Assembly (NCBI GenBank): GCA_001724265.1
Contig: MEDY01000113.1
Coordinates: 1-64,000 of the forward strand
DNA: 64,000 nt
Source: Rhizaria sp. SCN 62-66
Lineage: Eukaryota
Direction of reading: 5' to 3'
Shown here piece by piece: positions 21,375-33,200 of the stretch. The notes under the pieces are model-generated. The model saw nothing but the letters and a program-made list of their open reading frames with translations. It ran no database searches and was not told the origin of the DNA. The position numbers and the translations under genes are program-made. How positions within the stretch are numbered: the first letter of the stretch is position 1; the number at the start of each line of letters is the position of its first letter.

Positions 21375-24300
21375 ATGTCCACACTTCCGGACGATGATGA
21401 GGCGCTCGCCCGCGTCTCCGCCATCACTGACCTCATCAAGGGTATCTGCGACAACACAATCGACCCAGATTCCGACTACGCAGTTGAGATGTCCAAGAAG
21501 GTTGCCGCCGAGGCATCCAAGTCCTCCGCCATTTCCGCAAAGGGCGCTGCCTCCAAATCCAATCAAGACGCTGCCGTGGCTGCTGCTTCTGCGGAGACCA
21601 GCCCTGAGGCCGACGCTGGCGCCACAACGCCCGCGGAGGGCCGCGCCGGCAACGGCATGTCCGCTGCGTGCCAGCAGTACTGCCAGCACTGCAAGTGGGA
21701 GTACTACAGCAGCGCTGACGCGGCGTGCCGGCGCTGCGCCAAGCCCACGGTCCCAGCCGCGCCGCGCCGCGAGCGGCTGCTGCAGGTCTGCGCTGACAAG
21801 GCCACGCGCATCGCCACCAACCGGCTGCGCCGCACGCAGTACAAGCAGTGGATGGCGGAGCGCGCGGCGAAGGTCGACAGCGTCGTGCGCGGCCGCGGCG
21901 GCGCCGTCGCGGGGGGCGCCGCCGCCGTCAAGGGCGGCACAGACTACGCGGCCTGGGACTTCTGGGAGCCCGGTACGCTTAACTCACTCAAAAACGTTTA
22001 AACCTGGAATATAACTCTATTTCTACTCATAATAATTGTGTTCTTATTTCTATTTTAAGAAAATTGATTGATATATCCTCGCTAACAACGTCTCTTCTCT
22101 TTTGATATTTCTCCCCGTTTCCTTGCTGCGTAGACTCCGACGAGGACGACGACGAGGCAGAGCTGAAGCTGAAGCAGCAGGCCTCATCGGCGGACCTGAG
22201 CAACCCCGCGTTTGCGGCGATGGAGGCGGACATGGCCGAGCGCCACAAGCGCCGCGCGGCGCAGCAAGCGGCGGCGGACGAGCTCAAAGAGCAGGGCAAC
22301 GCGGCGTACAAGGCGCAGCAGTTTACCGCCGCGCTAGCGCACTACTCGGCCGCGATCGACACGTGCAAAGGCAACAAGGCCTACTACACGAACCGCGCCA
22401 TGTGCAACAACCGGCTGCATCGGTACGAAGACGCCGTCAAGGACGCGACGACGGCGATCGACATCTTCAAATACCTGGACGGCGGCAAGCTTCCGCGCGT
22501 GGCCGCGAACGCGAGCGCGCGCCAAAAGACGAACCCGCCGATCGCGCTCAAGGCGTACTTGCGGCGCGCCGAGGCGCTGCAGGCGCTGGGCCGCGTCGAG
22601 GACGCGCTGGCTGACTGCGCGGCCGGCGCGGAGCTGTGCGTGCAGGGCCGGCTGCAGGCGCTGCCGGAGCTCGCCAGGCTCAAGGAGTCACTTCTGCTGC
22701 AGCGTGAGGAGGCGCAGGCCGCCGCCAAGGCGCAAGTGGCGGCTACACCGCAGACAACGGGCACTGCAGAGCAATCTATGAATGCGGAAGTGGTCGCAAA
22801 GGCCCAGAAGGCGGCGGAGGAAAATAAAAGCCAGGCCCAGAGCCAGGGCAAGGATGACAGCGGCGACACGGATGGCGACTTTCTGGCCTTCCCCCTCGGA
22901 CTGGGGCTCGGGCCGGAGGTCGCCTCGACCGTGCGCTCCACGCAGTCCAACGGTGACGGCGACTTTGGGGACTCGGACCCCGAGAGTTCGGCCGCCGATT
23001 TGTACGTCGAGACCGCCTCGTCAACGTCCCCGGCCTACCGGGCAATGCTCCAAGCGGCGCGGGGCGCTCAAGACGCGCAGGGCACTCCGAACGCGGCCTT
23101 GGCTGGCGCGAGCAAGAGCAAGAGCAAGCCCGACCGCGCGCTGATTGCTGAGGGCATCGAGGAGTGGCTTGATCTGCACTGTGATAAGCTGCCCGAGCCA
23201 GCACTTAAGTACGCGCGCGCCCGCCTCACTCTCTGCGCGCTGCCGCCCGAGACGCCCGTCAGCAGCCCGTTCTCCGCGGGCGGCAAGACTGCCGGCCAGA
23301 GCGGCGACGCCCAGGTGGCGCGCGCGGCCAAGGTTGCCGATGCGCGCGCTTTCCTGGCCCAAGTGGTCCCCGAGAAACTGAACGCGGTCGCGGCGTGCCT
23401 CAGCTTCGTCCCCGACGTTGCGGACGACATTAAAGCGCGCGTGTCCACCGACATCGTTGTCGCGGAACGCGTTCTCAATAGCTTTTCAACGGTGCCCGAG
23501 CGTAGTTTGGTCGAACAAGTGGAAGCTTTGATGAGGCTCCGTGGCGAACATGCGTCTGACATGCTGGACCGTCTCACGAAGCTCCTCGTGGACTCGACGG
23601 AGGCCGCGGCCCAGTTCACCTGCGCGCTCGGCGCGCCGCGTGTCGCCTCGGGCCCGCTGCGCGAGCTCCAGTCCCTCGTGTGGAAGTGGGTCCTCTGGCG
23701 CAACCTGTTTGTGGCCGCGGCAGCTCAGCGCCTGGCGTCGGTGACAGACGCGCAGCGCAATATGCTTAACTGCAACCACGGCGTCGGGGTCCTCACGCGT
23801 GCGCTCCTGGTCGCCGTGACCGTGCTGCCCGGCATCGACGAGCCTGCCGGGATCGTTGTCCGCCGCTTGCAAGCGATGGAGCAGTCGGCGGCGGACCCTC
23901 GCATGAGGCTCCAATTCAGCGACGATAAATACGTGAAGAATATGCAAGTATTCATGGCCACCGAGCGTGAGGCCGCAAAAAGCATCGATTATCGCTGGAC
24001 TCTCCTCGTGCGCTTGCTGGCCGCGCTGCGGTCCTTCGCGCCTCTCGAGTTGGCCCGCGCCGCGATGCTGCGCCAGGGCGTGCTGTCGATTGTCGCGCGC
24101 CTTGTGCACCAGCTGCTGCAGCTCGAGCGCGTTATCCTGCAGGGCGTCAAGGCGCACCTTATCGACCGGACGTTCGAGCTCGAGGCGTTCGACCTCAACA
24201 GCGTGGACAAGTACAACGACGGCGCCAACGAGGCCTCGAACGAGCTCCGACTCAGCAAGATCCGCCGCATGGTGATTCCCGCCGCCACGGCCGCGCTAGC

Positions 24301-27007
24301 GGCGCCCGCGCAGTCGTGGCTGAGTGCCGTCGCCGTCGCGCTTGAGCTGGCCACGCGGCTGTTGCACCAGGTCCTGCAGGCCGACGCGATCCGCGCCGAC
24401 GTCGTCGCCAACGGGCTGCGCCGGCCGGCCACCGCGGCGGCGGGCTCGGCCGCCGACACGGGCGCCGGCGCCGGGCTCCAGGCCCTGCTCGAGACGCTGC
24501 TGATGGCCACGAGCACCGCGCTTGCCAACGACGCCTTCGCCAGGGAGACGCTGCGCCACGCGGCGCGGCTGGACCAGGGCTGGTCTGCGCACTGGGACAA
24601 GGGCTCGCGGTCTGTGCTGCCGACTGGCCAGCGGCTCGTGCGGCGCGGCGCTACGCAGCACCTGCTGGACCTCACCGTGAACCTCACGCACGACGCGCGC
24701 GTCAAGGCGCTGGTACAGTCGGGCGGGTCGGCGTTGGGCGCAACGCTGCTTGGGGCGCTGCGCACGACGCTCTCGCACGCGGCGCGGGGCAACGCGCTGG
24801 CAAATATGAGCGACGTCGCTGAGTTCTCGGTCGCGGGCCCTGAGCACGGCTTCGGTGCCGGCGTGCCGGTCCCGAAAAACGCCTTGCTTGAAGCCCAGCC
24901 CATGCTGACGGTGCCCACCGTTGCCGAGGCCTACGCCGACTCTTTGATCGCGAAGGCAGAGTGCACGGCGGTGGAGGAGCTTGTCGCGCGCGAGCGCAAG
25001 AAGCTGGCCGACGCCGCCGCCAAAACCAAACCCACGGCCAAGGGAGGCAAGGCGGGCACTGCTGCCGCAGCGACAGCGGCAGCGACGCCGCAGACGCAAA
25101 CTCTGCCGCCCGAGCTGGTGAAGAAAGAGGAGGCCGCGACCAGCATGTATAAAGTTGCATCACTGAAATTAAAGAGCGCGCAGACGAAAGCCGTCGAGTC
25201 GATGACTGCAGTTGCTGGCTCAGCAATGGCCCCGTTTCTCGACGACGTGTGGACCGAGAGCGTGCAGACCTACCTCGAAGGCTGCGGCGTCTCCCTGAGC
25301 GCCATCAAGACGGTCGGCCCGCAGCTGTACCACGTCGCCGCGGGGACCGTGTCGGCGCTGCAGTGCAGCACGATCGAGGTCCTCACCAACCTCTCAGTCG
25401 ACCTCGCGCTGCGCACGCGCCTCGCCGCGCCCGGCAGGAGCGCCGCGGCCGGCGGCGCCGGCGGCGCTGCCCAGGGCGGCGACGCTGAGGAAGACAGCGA
25501 AGGGCTGCTGGAGCGCGTCGTCGGCATCGTGCTGCGTGCGGCCCTCGGTGTGTTCAAGGCGAGCCCCATGGAGCGCGACATGGCGCGGGTTAGCTCTGGT
25601 CAAACAGCGGCGTCTGTCTACGGCGCCACGCGCGCTTACTTGAAGCTGCTGTGTGAAGGGCTCGGTCTGCTGATGAACTTGACTCTCGCTGCCGGCGCGG
25701 ACGCAGCTGCCCGCATTGTCAGATTTGCGCCCGTGCTACCGTGGGTGCTCTTTGCACTCATGGCGCCCCCGCCGGCCCTCATGAAAGTGCTGCCGGCCGG
25801 GCTCGATATCACGCTGCAGGTCCGCATCGTCGGTCTGCTCTCGCGCCTCGCCGCGGGCAACCTCGCCGTGCGCGACGACTTGCTCGCGCGCAACGGCATC
25901 GGTCTCATGCTCGGCACGGGCATCGCCGCCAGCGTCGCCGCCATGACGCCTGACAATTTGCCTCCGCTCACGGGCAGTTTCGACGATTTGTCCGCCGAAG
26001 ATCGCGGCAGTCGGCGCGTCTGTGTCTCGCTCTTGAGTGAGCTATTCGATATCAGCAACCACTGCATGCGCATCGTCGCGCTGCTGTGCCAGCACGACCC
26101 GCAGCAGGCCTCGCGCGAGCTCAGCTTCTTCCCGGCACCGGAGCCGGTCACGTCCAAGGCCGCTGCTGCCGCGGCACTGCCCGCAGCGCGCATGGCCGCG
26201 TCCAAGGCCGCGTGGGACAACTGCGGCGGCGCGGTGCCGCTCACCAAGGAGTTTATCGAGCAGTGGAACCGCGCGACCGGCTTCACTATCGCTGAAGAGC
26301 ATTTGACCCTGCCTCCGGGGTCCGCGCTCCCGACGCCTGCCGCCGCGCTGCCCACGGGCGTTGCGCGGGCCTTGGCGGCGACGCGCGTAGTCGAGTATCA
26401 CCAGCTCACGTTGCGCGTTGATAACAGTTTCCACGACGTAGTCGCGCTCGCGTCGGGCTCCGGCGTGGCCGGCGTCGTGGCGCTCGTGCTCAACTCGTGG
26501 TCGCCGCAGACGTCTGGCAACTTCGGACAAGCTATTGTCAAGATTTCGCAGACGCCGCCGCCGCTGGTTGAGCAGGCCGACTGGAGCAAGCACTTCACGG
26601 CCCCGCTGTCCGCGCTCGTGCGCGGCGCCATTCTGTCCTCAGCGCGCACGGCACTAGCGGCGCTTAAGGTGCAGGGCGACTTCCTGGCCGGCACTGCGGT
26701 TAAGTCCAAGCTCGAGCTGCAGCAACTGGAGCTAGCCAACGCGATCGAGCCTGAGGCTGGCGCTGCGGGGGGCAAGGGCGCTTTTGCCACGCTGCAGGGC
26801 GCGCGCCTGCACGGCACGGGCGCGCTCAACGTTGTTGACGCACTTGTGTCGCTGATGCGGCGCGGCGACAACGACCTCTGGGCCCCGGCGGCGCAGAACG
26901 CCGCGCTGGCGTGCGCGCGGCTGGCAGGCAAATCGCCTGAAGCCATGCTGCTACTGCGCGAGCTCAACGCGTTCCCACTGCTTGCCAAGTACAGCGGCAA
27001 GAAGTAA
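21375..27007 (+). CDS. TTC12: Tetratricopeptide repeat protein 12-like (TPR + ARM; axonemal dynein assembly co-chaperone), about 1823 aa
   Basis: Exons 21375-21972 and 22134-27007; phase-1 intron GTACGC...CGTAG. FAAMEADMAERHKRR...ADELKEQGNAAYK...YYTNRAMC...LKAYLRRAEAL is an Hsp90-type carboxylate-clamp TPR preceded by the TTC12 helix. The C-terminus AQNAALACARLA...LRELNAFPLL resembles the TTC12 end. Stop TAA. Confidence 0.8.
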
Positions 27008-27239
27008 GCCGCAGCATCTGTCATATCCCGGATATGTGACTTTTGGTTGACGCCTCTCACTTTTCTCAAGCCTTACCTTAATACGGAACTCCTTTTCTCG
27101 AATTTATAACTAGTCATACACAAATCTGATATTTAACTCGATTATATGTCCTTTAGTTGTCATTGAAACAATGTATTGATGCTAAGTACAATTAATAAAC
27201 TCTGTAGTCATTTTGACTAAATAAACGTTGTGTGTTATT

Positions 27240-30200
27240 TTACTTCCATGAGTTGTAGTTCGGTCCGAATTGATACTGGTGCTGTTCTTCGTCATCGTCA
27301 TCTTCGCCCTCGAGAATACTGTGAGCATCACCGTCATCGCTGCAGTAGTCATCGTCGGCAACGATCTCGCGCCCACCGTGCGCGCGCTCCTCCGCAGCAG
27401 CCCTGTACGCGGCCGCCAGCGCGCGCCCGCGAGCGCCACTGCCGCGGCCGGATACCATGAGTGCGTGTTCCTCCTGGCTCAGCTGCCGCTGCAGCGCGTG
27501 GTACAGCGACACGGCATCACGCGCGCTGCGCACTCGGACACGACCATGGCCGCCCTGGTTGCGACTGTCAGAGCGGCGGCCATGGCCGGGGCCTGAAGGG
27601 GACGCGGTGGACTGCGTGTTGGCCACTGTAACAGACTCGGCGTCATCGTCGTTATCATCGCCGTCGCCGTTGTCATCGCTGCAAATGAAGTCAGCTAGAC
27701 TGCCGACAGAGCCATCGTCGTCGCCGTCGTCGTCGTCGACGCTCACACCACCGCCGCCGTTTGAGTCGTCGTCACTCTCACTATCGTCGTCGTCGTCATC
27801 GTTGCCAAGGACTCGAGACCGACGCCGCGCCTGCGCAGCGCTGCCCCGCGCAGGCGCAGACCGGAACCGCACTGCGGCGGTCATGTCGAGAAAACGCGAC
27901 GCATGCTGCTGCTGCTGGCCCTGGTTCGAAACCAACCTAGAGTGCGACTTGCTACTGCTGCTACTTGCAGGCCGCGGAACAGAAGATGTGACTTCAATCT
28001 CGGAGTCTTGCGTTCTGAACGCAGAGAGCGACTCCCGCACAGATGATTCGCCGTCTTGATCACTGCCACCGTGATTTTGTCGGACAGGCTGCTGAAGAGT
28101 GACAGATTGAGTATCAGTGTCAGTGTCAGTGTCAGCAATGACGCGTTTACGCAACATCACAGTCCTGGTCTTGTTCGCGCCACCAGTGCGCGTCGCATCA
28201 GCGGCTCCGTTGTGAAGACGACGGCGACTGTGCTGAGGCCCAATCACAGCGTCGCTCTCCTCTTCGTGATCGTCGCCGTCAACAGAGTCGCGCCTGGCCG
28301 CGACAGAGAGAGGATGGCGCGGCACGGGGGCGGGATGCGGCGGGGTAACGTCCGTCGACGTAGAGTCGTCGAGCACGCGTGCACGCCTCAACGCTGCAGC
28401 ACTGGTGCCAGTGCCAGCACCTGCCACAGCAGTGTTGCGCACGATAACGCCGGTGTCGCTGGCGCTACTGGCGCTTGCGCTCAGCGGTGCCTGCCCTTGC
28501 GGGTGCGCAGCTGCTGTGGGCCACTCTGAGTGAACGCGCGACTGAGAGTGTGAGTGCGAGCGCGTCTGCGACTGCAAACCCGTTTGTGACTGTGACTGGG
28601 ACTGGGACTGCGACAATGACTGCGAGAGCTGACGCAACAGGCGCGGTGCGACGCTTTGCAGCGGGGCAGTGTACGGCCCCAGCAGCGGCGGCACCGGCTT
28701 GTGAGGAGTGGCCCCCGTCCCCGTCGCTGCGCGCGTCGCACCCGCTGTTGCTGCAGCGGATGATGCCGTCGTTGCCGTCGCCACCAGTCTCGCCGTTGCC
28801 GCGGTCACTGTGGTCGCGGCTGTGAGGCGAACGGGGGGCGAGCGCAGCACGCTGCGCAGGGGCGCGGGGCTTTGCGCGGACAGCTGAGGTACTGGCGGCG
28901 GCTGAGGCGCCACGTGCAGCAGCGATGGTGCTTCGAACCCGCGCAGTGCAGCGTTGCTGTTGTCCGAGGATTGCCCGGCAATCGCAGGCGTTGCCGCCGC
29001 GTCAGCAGCGCCGGTGCGCGCCTGGGGGGACAGGCGGCACGTGGCGGTGGAGACGTCCGACAGCGCGGCCCGCAGAGGCGGCGCGCTGTCTGCGCTCGTC
29101 TGCCTGGCACTCGCGCGGGCAGGCGTGTTGGGAACAGTGTCGGAGTGGTCAAGAGCGGACGCGTCGTCTGATGCTAACAATGGCACGGGGACTGGGGGCC
29201 CAAAAGTAGTAGCGGCAGTACAAACACTGCTGCTGCTGCTGCTACCGTCAGTACTATCGCTGCTAATGTCAGAAACACTTGTGGTCGAATCTTCACCGTC
29301 ACTCGCGCTGCTTCCACTGCTGCTGCTGCTGCTGCTGCTACTGCTACTGCTGCTGCTGCTGCTGCTGGCACCGATGGTGGCCGCAATCCTCGCGCTAGGC
29401 GCGCGCGCGACTTCGCCCTGCGTGTCCCGCTCCTGCGCCCGCTGGGTCTCGCGCTTGATCGCGCGACTGCGCCGGTGCTCCGCAGTGATGTACGAGTGTG
29501 TCACGGTGACACTCTCTGTGTCGCTGTCGACACCTGCACTGCTTGTGTTGCGAACGTCATCCCGGTCAAACCGGCCGCTGGGGGCACAGTTGTCAGTGCC
29601 GCGCTTAAACGGCGACTGTTCCAGACTACTCCCGCTCGCAGACGCTGCAGCGTCGGTACTGTTCGCATCTGCTGTCGCAGTCAAAGCAGCAGCAGGAGTA
29701 TTAGCAGATATCCGGCGTTGCAGCGTATTGTGTGCGTTGTGTGACTCGTTGGGCTGCGACAGCGGCTGCAGCGGGGGCGGTTCTTCGTCGACAATATCAC
29801 CGCAACCGTCACTGTCGAGGGCACTGTGAAGCCTCGATTGGCCTCTTGACGGAGAATGGGGCAGAGAGCGGGCATACAGGCGTGGGGGAGACTGAGACTG
29901 CGACTGAGAGCGCAAAGGTGGCGTGCCTGGCAAGAAATTGTCGTCCACAAATGGCTCGTCATAGTTATATGCGTCAGCGTCGTAATCCGCATTGTCGTCG
30001 TCATCACCATTGTCGCCGGCGTTATCAGCAACTTCACTGGCGCGCCTGTCGTTGCGGTTATTGTCCTCATTCGTGAGCTGCATGATGTCAGCCGCCGCTC
30101 GCGCGCGCGAGCCCACCATGGAGCCCAGCACCAGCGCACGCCTCAGCCCACCGACACCCATATTAGCATTGTCATTGCTGTTGTTATTGTTGCTGTCGAG

Positions 30201-33200
30201 CGACAGTGTGATTGCAGGCGCGTTCCTCAGCGCCGCCAGCCGTGCCTGTCCCCACTCCTCGGCCTCCTCGAAGTTAAGCCGCAGGTATTCGTCATAATAC
30301 GCGCGTTCTCGCTGCGCGGCCACCGCAGCCACCGCAAGCGCACTCATAGCCGGTATAACGCCACTCTGGCCGCCATTATCGGTGTCGTCACCGCCACCGT
30401 GACCGTGTGTGATCGCGTTCGCGCCGCCCCTGCCGCGGCCCTTGGCCATCGCGCGCGCCTCTTTGGCAGCCACCGCGGCCGCCGCGGCCTCGGCGGCCCG
30501 CAGCGCAGCCTCGCTGGGCGGCGGCGCCAGCGCGCCGGGCGGGGCCAGCACGCACACCGGCGGGATCAGCGCCGCCGCTGCAGTGTGGCCGTGGCCGTGG
30601 CCGTTGTTGTTGGAGTTAGTGTTCGCGGTGCGGTGCGGGACCAGATCTGGCCCCACTGCGACGTCAAGCGTGGGGCGCAGGCGCTCGCGCTTGAGCATGC
30701 TATAGATGAAGTCGACCGAGTTTAGCGAGGTAAAGAGCGCGCGCGCTTCGGTGCCCTCGGTCGCCAGCGTCACGCACCGGCCCGCGCGCGCGCGCCCCGC
30801 GCGGCCCATGCGCTGGATCGTCCTGATCGCGGAGCCGGAGCCGTCGTAGGCGATGGTAAGGTCGACGGAGCCGATGTCGAGCCCCTCCTCGCCGATGGAC
30901 GTCGCCACAAGTACGTTGCAGAGCCCGGCCTGGAAGCGCGCGACCACGGCGGCCTGCTCCTGCTGCGACATGCCTTGCTGCCCCGTCACCGCGCCGCCGG
31001 CACCGGAGTCGTGCTCCGCCTCGGCCGCGGCAGCGGCGGCAGCGGCACCGCCACTGTTGGCGTTGTGCGAGCTGGCGGCGGAGCTGGAGCTGTAAAGCAC
31101 GCTGTCGTCGTCGAAGTCGTCGTCGTCGTCGTCGCCGGCGCCGCTCTTGTTCCACACGCCACGCACAGTGCCACCACCGCCGCCGCCGCCACTGTGACCG
31201 TGGCTGCCTTTGCCGCCGCCGCGCGCCGCCTTGGCGCCTGCGCCGCCGGTGGAGGCCGCGCGCGAGGACTGGCCGATGAAGAGCATGGGGCGCACGCGCG
31301 GCCCGCAGCGCAGCAGCATGTTGACGATCTCGGCCGCCGTGTCGCGCAGAGACGTGAACACGATCACGCCGCCGCCGCGGATGTCGACCTCCTCCTCCTC
31401 TTCGCTCGCAATCTCAATGCCGCTGCCTCTGCCGGCGTCGCCGGCACGGTCGCTCTTACGCTCAGCGTCGCTGTCGCTGTCGGTCGCGAGGCTAGCTACA
31501 TTGGGTTTGCTGTTGCCGCTGGCGTTAAGTTGTCCTGTGGACTCGGAGAGCTCGGGCTTGGCCTCTGTCTTGATGTGTTGAGACTCATCGTCGTTGTTCT
31601 GCTTCAATTGCAGCTGTTTCTGCTGATGTTGCAGCTTCAACTCCTTGCGCTGTTGCCGTTCTTGTTGTATCTCCAGCTGCCTCTGCTGCTCCCGCAGTTG
31701 CCTCATCCGCGTCGACGGCCGAAACTCGCCCACAAAGCGCGACCAGCCTGCGTCACCACTCTCCCCCGCGCTCGCACTCGCACTAGCACTCGAATGAGAG
31801 CTTGAGCTCACGGTCAGACTCATGCCAGAAGAGTGCGTCGCACTGCCACCATCATCCTCAACGCTATAGTCGACGTCGGCATCAGGCGGAATCTCCCCGA
31901 GCTTCACGTCAAAGTGCGCGCACAGCAAATCCCGCAGCACCTGCAACTTCGGGTGCGCGCGCGCGCCCCAGGCGGCGCCGCCACGCGCGAGCAGCGCGTC
32001 GAGCTGCGCGCGCAGCGCCTCGCAGACGGGGTCCCGCGCCAGCAACGCGCGCGCCAGGTCGGCGCCGCGTAGGTCCTGCATGCGCGCGCGTGCGAGCTCG
32101 GCCGGGAAGCTCTGCCGCAGCACGCGCCGCAGCTGCGAAAGCCCCACGGCCTTGGCGCGCGAGAAGGCCAGCACCGCTGCCTGCGCGACCAGGAAGGCCG
32201 CTTCGACGCTGCCGCGGAGCGCGCGCAGGCGGGGCTCGCGGGCGGCGCGCGCGGCGAACTCGCGGCGGGCGCGCTCCAGGGCCGCGCGCGTGTACAGCTC
32301 CGGCTCCGTGGAGTGCACCGAAACGTCGCGGAAGCGCCGCAGCCGCTCCAGCGCGGTCCGCACGAGCTGCGCGGCGGCGGCGATGGGCCCGCGCAGCAGC
32401 GGCGTAAGCCCGACAACGATGACCTCCTTCTCGCGGCCGTGCATGTGGCGCACGACGTCGGCGTCCTCCTCGGTGCGCACCTGCAGCGCGGATATGCCCA
32501 GCGCCGTCACCACCTCCTGCACCTGGCCCAGCCCGCTGCCGGGAGTCGCGGACAGCGCCAGCACGCGGCACGGCGCGCGCACGCGGCGCAGCGCGGCGGC
32601 AACCGAGACGTAGGCGTAGTTGCCCGTGGCGCGGTGGGCCTCGTCGTAGACGGCGCACACGACGCGCTCGGTGGGCACGGCACCGCGGCCCAGGTCGCCG
32701 TCGACCGTCTGAGGGGTGGCAAACACGACGCGCGCAGTCTCCCAGAGCTGCTGGCGCCGCGCGGGCGGCAGCGAGCCGTCGAGGATGGCGCAGTCGGCGG
32801 GGTGGAAACCGGCCAGCGCGCGGCACGCGGCGGCCTGCTGCGTCACCAGTGGCCGCGTGGGTGCCATCATGACGGCGAGCCCGCGCGGGTACCACCGCAG
32901 CAGGTTCGCCAGCACGACGGCCGCGATAAGCGTCTTGCCCAGCCCCGTCGGCAGGCACACAAGCGTGTTCTCGCGCAGCGCGTGTGCCGCAATGGCGCGC
33001 TGGTACGCGCGGACCGACGCAGCGGGGTACAACCACGAGCCCGCCGTCGCGGGGTCAAACTGCGGCTGAGGCACCGACGACGCGCGGCGGGCGAACGCGC
33101 TCTGCGGCTGCTGTCGATGCTGCTGTTGCTGTGGCTGCTGCTGATGCGGCTGAAGACGCGTGAAAAGGTTGATGGCGCTTGACTGTTGTTTCTTCGGAGA

